Of a stretch of DNA of 64,000 nt, positions 1 through 14,265 are shown one piece after another (the stretch's first letter is position 1; every line of letters begins with the position of its first letter). The DNA comes from Amphiscolops sp. MND2022. Its lineage: Eukaryota. The DNA is taken from assembly GCA_964187785.1 (NCBI GenBank), contig OZ076413.1, positions 50,408,001-50,472,000 on the forward strand. The letters are read 5' to 3'. The notes below the pieces were generated by a model. It ran no database searches. It was not told where the DNA came from and was given only the letters and a program-made list of their open reading frames with translations. The translations under genes were made by a program, and so were the position numbers.

Positions 1-3000
1 AATCACTACTTTGCCATTTTCCAACTGTGCTAGCCCGGTATTCGCCCAAAAGAAGTCAAATAGAAAATTCCGTCTACTGGTTGACTTGAGAAAAATCAAC
101 AACCTACTTTCGGATAATTACATAAACACTAACCATTCGTGTCAGTTCTCTAGTCGATACCGCCCAACACATGGCAGGCAAAAAAATGTTTCGCAAATTA
201 GACTGTTCCCAAGCATATCACTGCCTACAAATGGCTGACCAACGATCAATTGAGAAGTTGGCATTCAATTTTGCTATTCGCACATTTGTATACAGACAGT
301 TAGCACAAAGCCTTAGCAGGGCGTTGTCCGCATTTTCAAGTTTTATGAGAGAATTTCCTGATAAAGTTATCAAAACGGATCAGTGTGCCCAGTACGTGGA
401 CGATATCGGCATTGCAGTCAATGACTCAGACCATCTCATCGCTAACCTGAGAGCAACCATCAAATGCATCCAGGAAGCAGGCCTTAAATTGACGATGCAT
501 GGATGTCATTTTGGTGCAACAGAAATTGATTTCCTTGGACGAACGATTACCCCACAAGGCGTTAAACCTCAGAAACAGACCGTACAGAACCTTTCTGAGA
601 AAACCAAATTTCCGAAGTCGAAAAAAGCTTGGCAACGCTATTTGGGATTTTTATACTACTACAGAAACTATGTCCCAAGACTGTCCGAACGCCTTGCTTC
701 ATTCTAAAAGATGCTGAAAAAAGAAGAAAAGGTCTTTGTATCGAAGGAATTAGTCCAACAATTTGAGCAAATCAACAAAGCACTTGATAAATGCTGCGAG
801 TTGGCCTACAGTAATCTCTTCTGAATAAGCACATTGCACTAATGTCAGATGCAAGTTTTGGTGCCGCGAGATACGCAAACTTAATTGAAGACGACCCGAA
901 TCAGAAATTCACCGCACTGCGAAAGTCATATGCACCTTCCGCTTACGGTTCAAAAACCTTGACCCCAGCCCAGATAAAGATGTCCATTTATGCGAAGGAA
1001 TTTCTGGCGATTTACTTTGCAATTAAAAAAATTGGGCATATTTTCTGGGGTGCGCCGGAACCGGTCATTATCCTAACTCACAATAAAGCCGTCACGCGTT
1101 TTTTCCAAACAAAAATCCAAACCCCCAGCTCTGTGGAATGCTTGCGACAACGTAATACAATTCCATTTTGTCATTGCGCACATCCCAGGAGCACAGAATA
1201 CGGCAGCGGATTATTTGTTCCGTCTGGAAGCTGATCCGAAGGATAAACTAGTCATGAAAATCAGAGAGGACGTACAAACTGTCCCAATCGGAATAAACGT
1301 GCAATAGACAGGAGTCTCACAGGAAGAACAAATCGTCTAAACGAATGATGATGATGAGACAAAACAACCATATTGGGCGAAGAAAGAAGCAATCAGGAAA
1401 AATCCCGCCAAAAAAACCTGCTGTAACGATACAAACACTGTCCACAAATTTGGTCAAACAACAACCCGAAATCCAAGTCCGACTACGGAAGACGAACCAG
1501 ATAATTATCGAGCAATCCAAAGATGCACCAATCGAAGTTACACCAATTGAAGGCAAAACTTCTTCATGAAGAATATTCCGAAAACATACTGCAACATGAT
1601 GCTAGATACAGACATTATGCAGACAACTGAGAACGAATTGTAGTTAAGGAAGATATTCTGACCAGGCAATACTTCGACGAAACAGGGAATGTGAAGTACC
1701 ATCAAATCTTTCCCCCAGAACACCTACCCCAGGAACTGCTCCAGTCCCTTCATGGGACAGCACATAAGCACCTTGGCATTTCAAAGGTGTTACAGGAGAT
1801 CAGACAGAAACACTACTACCCTAGCATGGCCAAGTATGTTAAAAAGTGGGTATAAAGGTGTGAACAATGTGCAAAGGACAAACGCGTCCCCAATGCAACG
1901 ATCACGCCTGAACTACCTAATTTGCAGGAAAGGGACCTTGGACCCGAAGACGCTATGCAGATCGACTTATTGCCGAATCTCCCCCCAAGTGGAGGATATG
2001 AAAATGTTCTAACTGCAATTGATGTCTTCTCTCGATATCTGTTCGCTTATCCCCTTACGGACGCATCAGCAATCAATGTAGCAAAATTGCTCATTGATAT
2101 AATGACTAAACATGCGTATTTACCAACAACGCTCATTACTGACAAAGGAACTACATTCACTGCCACAATTATTGCGGAGATTACGCAAATTTTGGGAATT
2201 ACACTCAAATGTGCAACGACAAAACACCCGCAAACAATTGGGAAATTAGAGCGGACTCATGCCTCACTGAAGAAAAATTTCAAAATGGCATGTGAGGAAT
2301 ACCGCCGACAATGGCACAAATATTTGCCATTAGCAGTTATAAATCACAATACCAGTTACCATGCCAGCATCGGTAGTTCATGGAAGAATTCCATATAATA
2401 TCTTGGATCACAAGGTTGGATAACCAAAAGAGCAGATCAATCACACAACCGATTTGCGGAAGAAATCCAGAATCGGACAAAGCTCCTAATTGATAAAACA
2501 AGGAAAAAATCATGCAATCATATATCAGATACAAGGAGTATTTTGACCGCAATGCAAAAGCTGCTCCACTCAAGGAGAATGAATACTGTTTTGTATTGCA
2601 GCCGAAAGCGGATCACCAAGGATCAAAAAATTCCATTCAGAGATTACCGTTGGGGTGGGCCATTTATAGTCCAAAAGGTACTACCGAATTCGAATTACGA
2701 TTTACGCCTACTCAGTACGAATAAAACTCAAATATTGCATCGAATTCGCCTTAGAAAGTTTGTTCCCAATCAACCGCTTCAAAAAAATTTCCGAGAAGAG
2801 CGATTGCAGCCGGTTGAAAAAATCGTCACTCCGCAAGGCGATTTATACACAATAACGTGGGACACAAAGGTTTGCGAACAGCTAGCAACACGAGGCAACG
2901 AGCCTATTCCGACAAGCTCATCGAAAGGCGAACGGCCGAGTACGGCAGAAGCAAATTCGAGTGACGCACACGAGAATCAAGCGGATTACATAATCATGAG

Positions 3001-3376
3001 AGACGAATTGAATGGTCCTACCGACGCGGCGCATAGCCGAACTGAAAGATTAAATTTTGACGTAAGCGAAAGAAATGAAGCTAATGAAGCTGCTAGAGAT
3101 GAAAACTATGAATGGCCGAATCAATCCGGCCGTTTACCCCAAAATGCAGAAAAATCTTTGCCGAATTCGTCCGAAAGACTATAAAATGTTGCAAATTTTT
3201 CAGAAAGAAGATATTCTATTGAAAACGATGCACAAAATTCTTCAAAAGAAGGGGATGGTATTATCGTGCCCGAAATATCCCAAAGCGATGATAGAAAAGA
3301 GAATCTGAACCCTAGAGGAGGGAAATATAACGTCAGGCCTAACCCTAATCCAAACTACTCAGAAGACTTTAGATAA
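1..3376 (+). mobile_element. Ty3/Gypsy pol (RT-RNase H-integrase), decayed, copy 1; starts before the window
   Basis: RT YVDD (ORF 171-707); RNase H SDASFG...YAKEFLAI (842-1234); integrase Zn motif HGTAHKH...CEQC (~1750-1872) and core IDLL/ITDKG/LERTH (1922-2398). RT-RH-IN order. Many stops and frameshifts. Confidence 0.95.
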
Positions 3377-3616
3377 TAAGAAATGAATTCTTCCCGAAAA
3401 CGGAAGTTCTTTTCTTTTTATCTTTCTTTACTTTTTTCTTGGCCCCTTGCTATTACTTTGAATATGGGGCATTTCAACAATGATCCTTTTCAAACACAAA
3501 AATCGGGATCAAGAAACCAAAACAGAAGCAAATGCGTAACGCCAAATCACACAGTGAAACGAGCAAAACTCGTAGCGCGTATCAGAAATTAAAACGCGTT
3601 TCTATTGGCTATTAAT

Positions 3617-3642
3617 CGAACTAGCAAGATCTTGCTAGTTCG
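3617..3642. repeat. Perfect 26-bp palindrome CGAACTAGCAAGATCTTGCTAGTTCG (also 8487-8512 and 14506-14531)
   Basis: Read directly. Lies just before the Gypsy/zinc-finger-element junction in all three copies. Confidence 0.95.
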
Positions 3643-3650
3643 CTGCGGCA

Positions 3651-6600
3651 TATGTATCGTAATGTGACAATCAAAAAATACAAACAGAAAATGGACAAAG
3701 TTTACGGTTCAACTGTACATAGATAAATATGCACAGTTAGTCTTTAGAAAAGCCGGCTGTGGACTCCACAATAACAGAGGAAGACCTTGATCGGGAGAGA
3801 CTCTTATCCATCCGCCTCCGCTTGCTGTCGCTAGGCAGTTTAACAGCTGGTGCATCTTTCACGGAAGAAGTATCAGCAATTGCAGCACTCTTAGCACATA
3901 CTTTCGACCCAGAGAGAGCAGAACGATGAGAAGACATAAAAGATTTGTAAATGGACGAACGTCCCAAAATGTCCCAATATGTCCAAGGGTTATAATCAGG
4001 GGTAAATCCAGACTGTCCAAACGAAGCTGAGAGCAATGAGAATTTGTCGAGATTGACATCGGAACAACAGAGAGCTACGGAATCAGGAACCTCAGACAAA
4101 TAACTTTGGCAGGGTAAGACTACATCTGCTACTCGGAACTGAAGGCCTTTGGTATCTATTTTTCCCATGGCTGGCTACGGCTGGGTACTGAGGACTAACT
4201 GAAGTTAGGCATAAACAGCATTAGGTTGAAAAGGTAACAAATATGCTCATGTGATTGAAAGAACTTCAACCACTTGAAAAACTCTACAAGGTCAGGTGGT
4301 CCACCACTGAGGCTAAAGTCAGAAGAATGGTTCGTCCGGAGATAGTCCAATAATGCTAGGTACTCATCCCATCAGGACACCTCGTTTGGAGCCGAAACCC
4401 ACGGGCGTAGCTGAAAAGTCGAATACAGAATGCCAAAATGACAAAGGGCCACCTCGGTGGGTCTCTTTAAGATGATATAAGGGTCGAACGCTGCCAATCC
4501 CTTGACGATATCGGAACTGAGACCAGTGTGCTGAAGAACAACCCCCAGTAAAAATTCGATGAACCTTTTAGCGCTGGTAATGAAGTCAGTCTTGGCCGCC
4601 TCAGCTGTCTTATCGATGGCAGTTTTGCTTGACTTTTTGTTGAAATGAAGTCCTGCAGCCTTCAAATTACTGGCAGCAGTCACCTTATTGGCCATTTCTA
4701 GTCGAATCAAGAACTCGTCAACTTCCATGAATTTTCCCTCACTAGTCCACAGGTCCAAGAGGAGAAACCAAGCGTTCTCGTGGGGAATCGTATCAGGGAT
4801 ATACATGGAAGCAGAGTCGATAAATGAACTTACAAACTTCTCCGCAAAGATAGAAGGTAGCGTCCCGTCTTTGGGCAAGATTGGTGGCGAAACTTCAAAC
4901 GTCTGACACATAGAATCAAGAGTCCAAAACCGGACTGAAACGTTTTTGAGACGTGGTATACTTACAATCACCGACGAGGCGTTGGAAGAATTCTAGTCTG
5001 ACAACGAAGAAGTCATCGGCTATCAAGGACCACTCGACACTTTGGACCTTGTTGTGGACCGCTTGGTTCTCATGTCGGCGGGAATGGACCGTCAGATAGC
5101 GAAGGACTGCTTTCCACCGCTTAAGCAAGTCCCGGCAAAGGTCGGGGAGTTTGTCCACTTCTAGCTTGCAGGTGGTTACAGCCTAAACGAGGTGTTATTT
5201 CAAAGGGACGGTTCTGTCTCATGATCCCTACCCATTCCCTTCCATATTCACATTAAAGTAAAGCAAAGGTATACTATATCGGGTAGGTTCAGGGGACTCA
5301 AGAACCCAGTCTTCTATGGTGGACCCCCTATGGGAGACAAGAAGGCACTGCAGAACGGAGATCATGTCAATTCGCCCGAACACGCTATACATGGACTTTG
5401 AGACAGTAGATCAAGCCGTTCAAAGCTGAAGCAGCTCTGGACGTCTCGTGGGAAGGAAGGGTGCTGGTCTATCGCTCGTATGAAGTCAATGGGATACCCT
5501 GAGCAGGCAACCATGTCAGGACCGGTTGACACTACTGACAACAGACGTGACAGGGGGCCCAATTCGATAGACCGTTCGTTCCATTGTCTTCAAACTAAAT
5601 GGATTAATGCTGAGTTGAGGCCACTTGCTCTGCAATATCCTCCATGGCACAATTTAAGATGTGTTGGAGTAAGGCCTGAAATGGGAAATAAAGGTCAATA
5701 CTGCTAGTTCATTTGTATATACTCACGTACATATACATATTCATACGTACGTACATATACAAGTGACAAACAAAAACAAACAAATTATGCTTACCGTTAT
5801 TCTTTCTTCCCTCCAGTAAAAATCATGGAAAGCAGCCTGGTAATCAGTAAAAGACCCAACTCGTGACCACAAATGTCGGAGTATAGCAATATCTGCCTGT
5901 CTTGGGATGAGATCTCCAATAAGACATACCCCAGGCTGGGTCTTGGCCCGCGATTGAGGGGTCACTAAGGCTGTGGTACTCCCTTTGAGGTAGTCTTCGT
6001 AAAAGGGAAAGCTTTCTCCGACGTTGATGAGTTCTGTGTGGATGAACTTTGGGAGCTCTTGCGCCAGTTCAACCTGGCTAAAAATTTTCCCATTTCTATC
6101 TCTGACTCTGTTCTGGATCTTACCTGTAACAGGGTTGACGCTTTTGAGATGCTCGTAGTGCCATCGCTGATCTCTTCGGAGGTGTGTCTCGGTCCTGTGG
6201 TGCCTCAAGGTTTCAACTACTCCTTTGGTCTTTACCGAGAAATTCTATTTGCACATGTGGCACCAGACCATGTAAGGATTGTGGAGCGGGTTTGCGGGTC
6301 AGGACATGAAGGGCCGTGTCCATCCGATCTTCGAGAAGAATTCCTCTCGCATGGGCACCCCTCGTTTCTGCATTTCTTTCGGCCTAGTCGTTCTCTTGGC
6401 CTGCCTTTTCGTTGGGACTTCTGGGAGGGAGGCTGATCTGGCAGTTCTGACAGCGTGGCATCAAGGCTGCTACGTCCTGCCGACTCAGCTCCTTCTCCTG
6501 CTGACTCAAATATTGAGTGTGACTGTTGGGTGAATTTGATGTTCTCAGTCGTTGACTTCCTGGAAGTATCAGCAGCTAAGGCCATTTCGCCCGAGCTATC

Positions 6601-6859
6601 GCTGTCTTCAGGCATATAGAAATGTCACCAACCTCCAGCAGCGCAGTGAAATCTCCACATGTCTCTGAACCTGACCTGGGATCTGTAGTGAGTTCCTCGG
6701 AACTAGAACTTCCTATCTGTTGGGGTCTCGGAGTTTGGGCCCTTACCCGATTCCGGAACTGCTCAACCCTAGACGGAAATGTGGCTGGAGTCCCCTTGAC
6801 GGCACAATCACAATCTTTTCCATGGTTGAGCAAGTCATGCTGATGGCCTCATTGGTTAG
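3651..6859 (-). mobile_element. Partial copy of the spliced zinc-finger (hAT-like) element, decayed
   Basis: Near-identical to 14540-17748 at offset 10,889. Phase-0 GT-AG intron at 5794-5676. Confidence 0.7.
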
Positions 6860-9255
6860 TGGAGGATATGAAAATGTTCTAACTGCAATTGAAGTCTTCT
6901 CTCGATATCTGTTCGCTTATCCCCTTACGGACGAATCAGCAATCAATGTAGCAAAATTGGTCATTGATATAATGACTAAACATGCGTGTTTACCAACAAC
7001 GCTCATTACTGACAAAGGAACTACATTCACTGCCACAATTATTGCGGAGATTACGCAAATTTTGGGATTTACACTCAAATGTGCAACGACAAAACACTCG
7101 CAAACAATTGGGAAATTAGAGCGGACTCATGCCTCACTGAAAAAAAATCTCAAAATGGCATGTGGGGAATACCGCCGACAATGGCACAAATATTTGCCAT
7201 TAGCAGTTATAAATCACAATACCAGTTACCATGCCAGCATCGGTAGTTCATGGAAGAATTCCATATAATATCTTGGATCACAAGGTTGGATAACCAAAAG
7301 AGCAGATCAATCACACAACCGATTTGCGGAAGAAATCCAGAATCGGACAAAGCTCCTAATTGATAAAACAAGGAAAAAATCATGCAATCATATATCAGAT
7401 ACAAGGAGTATTTTGACCGCAATGCAAAAGCTGCTCCACTCAAGGAGAATGAATACTGTTTTGTATTGCAGCCGAAAGCGGATCACCAAGGATCAAAAAA
7501 TTCCATTCAGAGATTACCGTTGGGGTGGGCCATTTATAGTCCAAAAGGTACTACCGAATTCGAATTACGATTTACGCCTACTCAGTACGAATAAAACTCA
7601 AATATTGCATCGAATTCGCCTTAGAAAGTTTGTTCCCAATCAACCGCTTCAAAAAAATTTCCGAGAAGAGCGATTGCAGCCGGTTGAAAAAATCGTCACT
7701 CCGCAAGGCGATTTATACACAATAACGTGGGACACAAAGGTTTGCGAACAGCTAGCAACACGAGGCAACGAGCCTATTCCGACAAGCTCATCGAAAGGCG
7801 AACGGCCGAGTACGGCAGAAGCAAATTCGAGTGACGCACACGAGAATCAAGCGGATTACATAATCATGAGAGACGAATTGAATGGTCCTACCGATGCGAC
7901 GCATAGCCGAACTGAAAGATTAAATTTTGACGTAAGCGAAAGAAATGGAGCTAATGAAGCTGCTAGAGATGAAAACTATGAATGGCCGAATCAATCCGGC
8001 CGTTTACCCCAAAATGCAGAAAAATCTTTGCCGAATTCGTCCGAAAGACTATAAAATGTTGCAAATTTTTCAGAAAGAAGATATTCTATTGAAAACGATG
8101 CACAAATTTCTTCAAAAGAAGGGGATGGTATTATCGTGCCCGAAATATCCCAAAGCGATGATAGAAAAGAGAATCTGAACGCTAGAGGAGGGAAATATAA
8201 TGTCAGGCCTAACCCTAATCCAAACTACTCAGAAGACTTTAGATAATAAGAAACGAATTCTTCCCGAAAACGGGAGTTCTTTTCTTTTTATCTTTCTTTA
8301 CTTTTTTCTTGGCCCCTTGCTATTACTTTGAATATGGGGCATTTCAACAATGATCCTTTTCAATCACAAAATTCGGGATCAAGAAACCAAAACAGAAGCA
8401 AATGCGTAACGCCAAATCACACAGTGAAACGAGCAAAACTCGTAGCGCGTATCAGAAATTAAAACGCGTTTCTATTGGCTATTAATCGAACTAGCAAGAT
8501 CTTGCTAGTTCGCTGCGACAAATGTATCGTAATGTGACAATCAAAAAATACAAACAGAAAATGGACAAAGTTTACGGTTCAACTGTACATAGATAAATAT
8601 GCACAGTTAGTCTTTAGAAAAGCCGGCTGTGGACTCCACTATAACAGAGGAAGACCTTGATCGGGAGAGGCTCTTATCCATCCGCCTCCGCTTGCTGTCG
8701 CTAGACAGTTTAACAGCTGGTGCATCTTTCACGGAAGAAGTATCAGCAATTGCAGCACTCTTAGCACATACTTTCGACCCAGAGAGAGCAGAACGATGAG
8801 AAGACATAAAGGATTTGTAAATGGACGAACGTCCCAAAATGTCCCAATATGTCCAAGGGTTATAATCAGGGGTAAATCCAGACTGTCCAAACGAAGCTGA
8901 GAGCAATGAGAATTTGTCGAGATTGACATCGGAACAACAGAGAGCTACGGAATCAGGAACCTCAGACAAATAACTTTGGCAGGGTAAGACTACATCTGCT
9001 ACTCGGAACTGAAGGCCTTTGGTATCTATTTTTCCCATGGCTGGCTACGGCTGGGTACTGAGGACTAACTGAAGTTAGGCATAAACAGCATTAGGTTGAA
9101 AAGGTAACAAATATGCTCATGTGATTGAAAGAACTTCAATCACATGAAAAACTCTACAAGGTCAGGTGGTCCACCAGTGAGGCCAAAGTCAGAAGAATGG
9201 TTCGTCCGGAGATAGTCCAATAATGCTAGGTACTCATCCCTGCAGGAAACCTCGT
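6858..9255. repeat. Extra copy of 1988-4385 (Gypsy integrase and 3' end plus one end of the zinc-finger element)
   Basis: Offset 4,870 (2543/7413, 3737/8607). AG microhomology at the left junction, 6858-6859. Confidence 0.97.
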
Positions 9256-12200
9256 CCTCAATAATAACATCCATTTGTATCAAAAACCAATTCTTGTTTG
9301 AGACCTTGACTAATACAACAATATCCGCTTCAGGGCCATTCCTTTGATTGACGTTTACAATTCAACGTTTATCGATCCAGGCTATGGCAGAGATCGGTAT
9401 TGGGATACTGAGATCTACTACCAGGATCTCTTGCAAGTCCAATACGTCCTAGATAACATAGAACACTACAAAACAGCAGTACACGAAAATCCTCCAATAA
9501 CACACGATAAGAAAACGTGAGCCCTGATTGAAAATTGGCAAATGAGTGATGGCACCAACCATCCAGTGTTCCCAAACCCATTGGGAACCGAGACCCCTGA
9601 AATCCCTGAAACGAAGCCTACAAAATCCCTATTGAATGAGAAGCAATTTCAAAATGTCCTTATCACCAAAGACAGTGATCCAGATTGTATACCACTATCG
9701 ACTAATATCAACCTCAAATGTAAGAAGCGCATGTTATATTTCCCAATGCAATTTGGGGAATTAACCATAGACGGCCTAACCGAGACTGGAGCACTATCCA
9801 TTGCAATCCCTGTAATGGACCTCCGGAAAATTCGACTCTTATCTCCACAGTCTGTAATCCGGGAAGGTCCGCCTCCGATTTTCCAGATCATTGTCGCAAA
9901 TGGACAATTAGAAACACCTAAAAGCACAATTGAGCCTAAATTTGAGGTTGGTGACATCCAATTCCATAAAATCGTCATAGTAATGGAACATTTGACAGTA
10001 CCAATCATGTTCCTGCAGCGAAATCATACAGTTCTGGACATGAGACAAGGAATTCTGAATTTCCCCTTCTTCTCTATGCAGCTAAAAACAGCTGACCACC
10101 GATATTCCAATGTCTTGGAACCAATCCTCAACCCCACGGAAAAAACCATTCCACCGATTGACAGAGTCCTAATTAGGACAAACACCTTACTTTACCCTGA
10201 AAATGCTGTCACTGGGATACTGCAACCGAGCGAAGAAGACAACATTACCTTTTGCCCAGCTTTGGTCACGCTGAACGATAACAATATATAGATACCTGTG
10301 GTTAACTCCACGGACCACCCCTATAAACTCAAAAAGGGACTCCATACTGCTAGCTTCTCTGGTACGACGCCAGAACAAATGAAATACGTCAAACCAGATG
10401 ATCCGGCATCGACTTGGCATCTCTTACAAAACAACCAAGAGCAGGCAGCCCATTATGTCAGTAGCTTCATTAGGACCAATAAAAGTTCTCAGAACTCGGA
10501 AAATCATTGCTTCCCGACTCCGGAAAACCCAGGAAACCCAGAAGAGCAAACGCCAATCCAGAAAAGGATATTACGGGAACTACAGTCTCTGCAGGACCTA
10601 GAAACACTCGATCCTACTACAGATGAGGAATCTAGAGCAAAGTTCGTGGAAAATTTTTATTGGAATGATTCCATTTCAGCCACCGATGAAAAAGAGAAAA
10701 TCGTGGAATTATTAGTGGAATTCCACGACATTTTGCAAGACATAGATTCGACATAGGCATGAATGAGGAATTCAAGGTCAAACTGACCCCCAAGGATGAT
10801 TCCCCAGCCTACAGTCAGAGCCTCCCAGCACCCATAAATTTGAAAGAAGACATTCTTTTCGAACTAGCCTTGTTGCACAAATATGGAAGAATCACTACTT
10901 TGCCATTTTCCAACTGTGCTAGCCCGGTATTCGCCCAAAAGAAGTCAAATAGAAAATTCCGTCTACTGGTTGACTTGAGAAAAATCAACAACCTACTTTC
11001 GGATAATTACATAAACACTAACCATTCGTGTCAGTTCTCTAGTCGATACCGCCCAACACATGGCAGGCAAAAAAATGTTTCGCAAATTAGACTGTTCCCA
11101 AGCATATCACTGCCTACAAATGGCTGACCAACGATCAATTGAGAAGTTGGCATTCAATTTTGCTATTCGCACATTTGTATACAGACAGTTAGCACAAAGC
11201 CTTAGCAGGGCGTTGTCCGCATTTTCAAGTTTTATGAGAGAATTTCCTGATAAAGTTATCAAAACGGATCAGTGTGCCCAGTACGTGGACGATATCGGCA
11301 TTGCAGTCAATGACTCAGACCATCTCATCGCTAACCTGAGAGCAACCATCAAATGCATCCAGGAAGCAGGCCTTAAATTGACGATGCATGGATGTCATTT
11401 TGGTGCAACAGAAATTGATTTCCTTGGACGAACGATTACCCCACAAGGCGTTAAACCTCAGAAACAGACCGTACAGAACCTTTCTGAGAAAACCAAATTT
11501 CCGAAGTCGAAAAAAGCTTTGCAACGCTATTTGGGATTTTTATACTACTACAGAAACTATGTCCCAAGACTGTCCGAACGCCTTGCTTCATTCTAAAAGA
11601 TGCTGAAAAAAGAAGAAAAGGTCTTTGTATCGAAGGAATTAGTCCAACAATTTGAGCAAATCAACAAAGCACTTGATAAATGCTGCGAGTTGGCCTACAG
11701 TAATCTCTTCTGAATAAGCACATTGCACTAATGTCAGATGGAAGTTTTGGTGCCGCGAGATACGCAAACTTAATTGAAGACGACCCGAATCAGAAATTCA
11801 ACGCACTGCGAAAGTCATATGCACCTTCCGCTTACGGTTCAAAAACCTTGACCCCAGCCCAGATAAAGATGTCCATTTATGCGAAGGAATTTCTGGCGAT
11901 TTACTTTGCAATTAAAAAAATTGGGCATATTTTCTGGGGTGCGCCGGAACCGGTCATTATCCTAACTCACAATAAAGCCGTCACGCGTTTTTTCCAAACA
12001 AAAATCCAAACCCCCAGCTCTGTGGAATGCTTGCGACAACGTAATACAATTCCATTTTGTCATTGCGCACATCCCAGGAGCACAGAATACGGCAGCGGAT
12101 TATTTGTTCCGTCTGGAAGCTGATCCGAAGGATAAACTAGTCATGAAAATCAGAGAGGACGTACAAACTGTCCCAATCGGAATAAACGTGCAATAGACAG

Positions 12201-14265
12201 GAGTCTCACAGGAAGAACAAATCGTCTAAACGAATGATGATGATGAGACAAAACAACCATATTGGGCGAAGAAAGAAGCAATCAGGAAAAATCCCGCCAA
12301 AAAAACCTGCTGTAACGATACAAACACTGTCCACAAATTTGGTCAAACAACAACCCGAAATCCAAGTCCGACTACGGAAGACGAACCAGATAATTATCGA
12401 GCAATCCAAAGATGCACCAATCGAAGTTACACCAATTGAAGGCAAAACTTCTTCATGAAGAATATTCCGAAAACATACTGCAACATGATGCTAGATACAG
12501 ACATTATGCAGACAACTGAGAACGAATTGTAGTTAAGGAAGATATTCTGACCAGGCAATACTTCGACGAAACAGGGAATGTGAAGTACCATCAAATCTTT
12601 CCCCCAGAACACCTACCCCAGGAACTGCTCCAGTCCCTTCATGGGACAGCACATAAGCACCTTGGCATTTCAAAGGTGTTACAGGAGATCAGACAGAAAC
12701 ACTACTACCCTAGCATGGCCAAGTATGTTAAAAAGTGGGTATAAAGGTGTGAACAATGTGCAAAGGACAAACGCGTCCCCAATGCAACGATCACGCCTGA
12801 ACTACCTAATTTGCAGGAAAGGGACCTTGGACCCGAAGACGCTATGCAGATCGACTTATTGCCGAATCTCCCCCCAAGTGGAGGATATGAAAATGTTCTA
12901 ACTGCAATTGATGTCTTCTCTCGATATCTGTTCGCTTATCCCCTTACGGACGCATCAGCAATCAATGTAGCAAAATTGCTCATTGATATAATGACTAAAC
13001 ATGCGTATTTACCAACAACGCTCATTACTGACAAAGGAACTACATTCACTGCCACAATTATTGCGGAGATTACGCAAATTTTGGGAATTACACTCAAATG
13101 TGCAACGACAAAACACCCGCAAACAATTGGGAAATTAGAGCGGACTCATGCCTCACTGAAGAAAAATTTCAAAATGGCATGTGAGGAATACCGCCGACAA
13201 TGGCACAAATATTTGCCATTAGCAGTTATAAATCACAATACCAGTTACCATGCCAGCATCGGTAGTTCATGGAAGAATTCCATATAATATCTTGGATCAC
13301 AAGGTTGGATAACCAAAAGAGCAGATCAATCACACAACCGATTTGCGGAAGAAATCCAGAATCGGACAAAGCTCCTAATTGATAAAACAAGGAAAAAATC
13401 ATGCAATCATATATCAGATACAAGGAGTATTTTGACCGCAATGCAAAAGCTGCTCCACTCAAGGAGAATGAATACTGTTTTGTATTGCAGCCGAAAGCGG
13501 ATCACCAAGGATCAAAAAATTCCATTCAGAGATTACCGTTGGGGTGGGCCATTTATAGTCCAAAAGGTACTACCGAATTCGAATTACGATTTACGCCTAC
13601 TCAGGACGAATAAAACTCAAATATTGCATCGAATTCGCCTTAGAAAGTTTGTTCCCAATCAACCGCTTCAAAAAAATTTCCGAGAAGAGCGATTGAAGCC
13701 GGTTGAAAAAATCGTCACTCCGCAAGGCGATTTATACACAATAACGTGGGACACAAAGGTTTGCGAACAGCTAGCAACACGAGGCAACGAGCCTATTCCG
13801 ACAAGCTCATCGAAAGGCGAACGGCCGAGTACGGCAGAAGCAAATTCGAGTGACGCACACGAGAATCAAGCGGATTACATAATCATGAGAGACGAATTGA
13901 ATGGTCCTACCGACGCGGCGCATAGCCGAACTGAAAGATTAAATTTTGACGTAAGCGAAAGAAATGAAGCTAATGAAGCTGCTAGAGATGAAAACTATGA
14001 ATGGCCGAATCAATCCGGCCGTTTACCCCAAAATGCAGAAAAATCTTTGCCGAATTCGTCCGAAAGACTATAAAATGTTGCAAATTTTTCAGAAAGAAGA
14101 TATTCTATTGAAAACGATGCACAAAATTCTTCAAAAGAAGGGGATGGTATTATCGTGCCCGAAATATCCCAAAGCGATGATAGAAAAGAGAATCTGAACC
14201 CTAGAGGAGGGAAATATAACGTCAGGCCTAACCCTAATCCAAACTACTCAGAAGACTTTAGATAA
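9256..14265 (+). mobile_element. Ty3/Gypsy protease-RT-RNase H-integrase, decayed, longest copy
   Basis: Protease-like GLTETGALS (degenerate DTG) and LQRNHTVLD in 9542-10291; RT YVDD in 11060-11596; RNase H 11731-12123; integrase 12811-13287. Confidence 0.95.

Larger units (their letters stand above)
1..6859. repeat. Segmental direct repeat, copy A (pairs with 10890-17748)
   Basis: Constant offset of 10,889 across paired ORFs (171/11060, 1922/12811, 5741/16630). Stops and frameshifts are shared. Confidence 0.98.

Noticed and set aside
3338..3352. CCTAACCCTAATCC as a telomeric repeat
   Set aside because: Only about two units, and it is the PNPNPNY coding tail of Gypsy pol.
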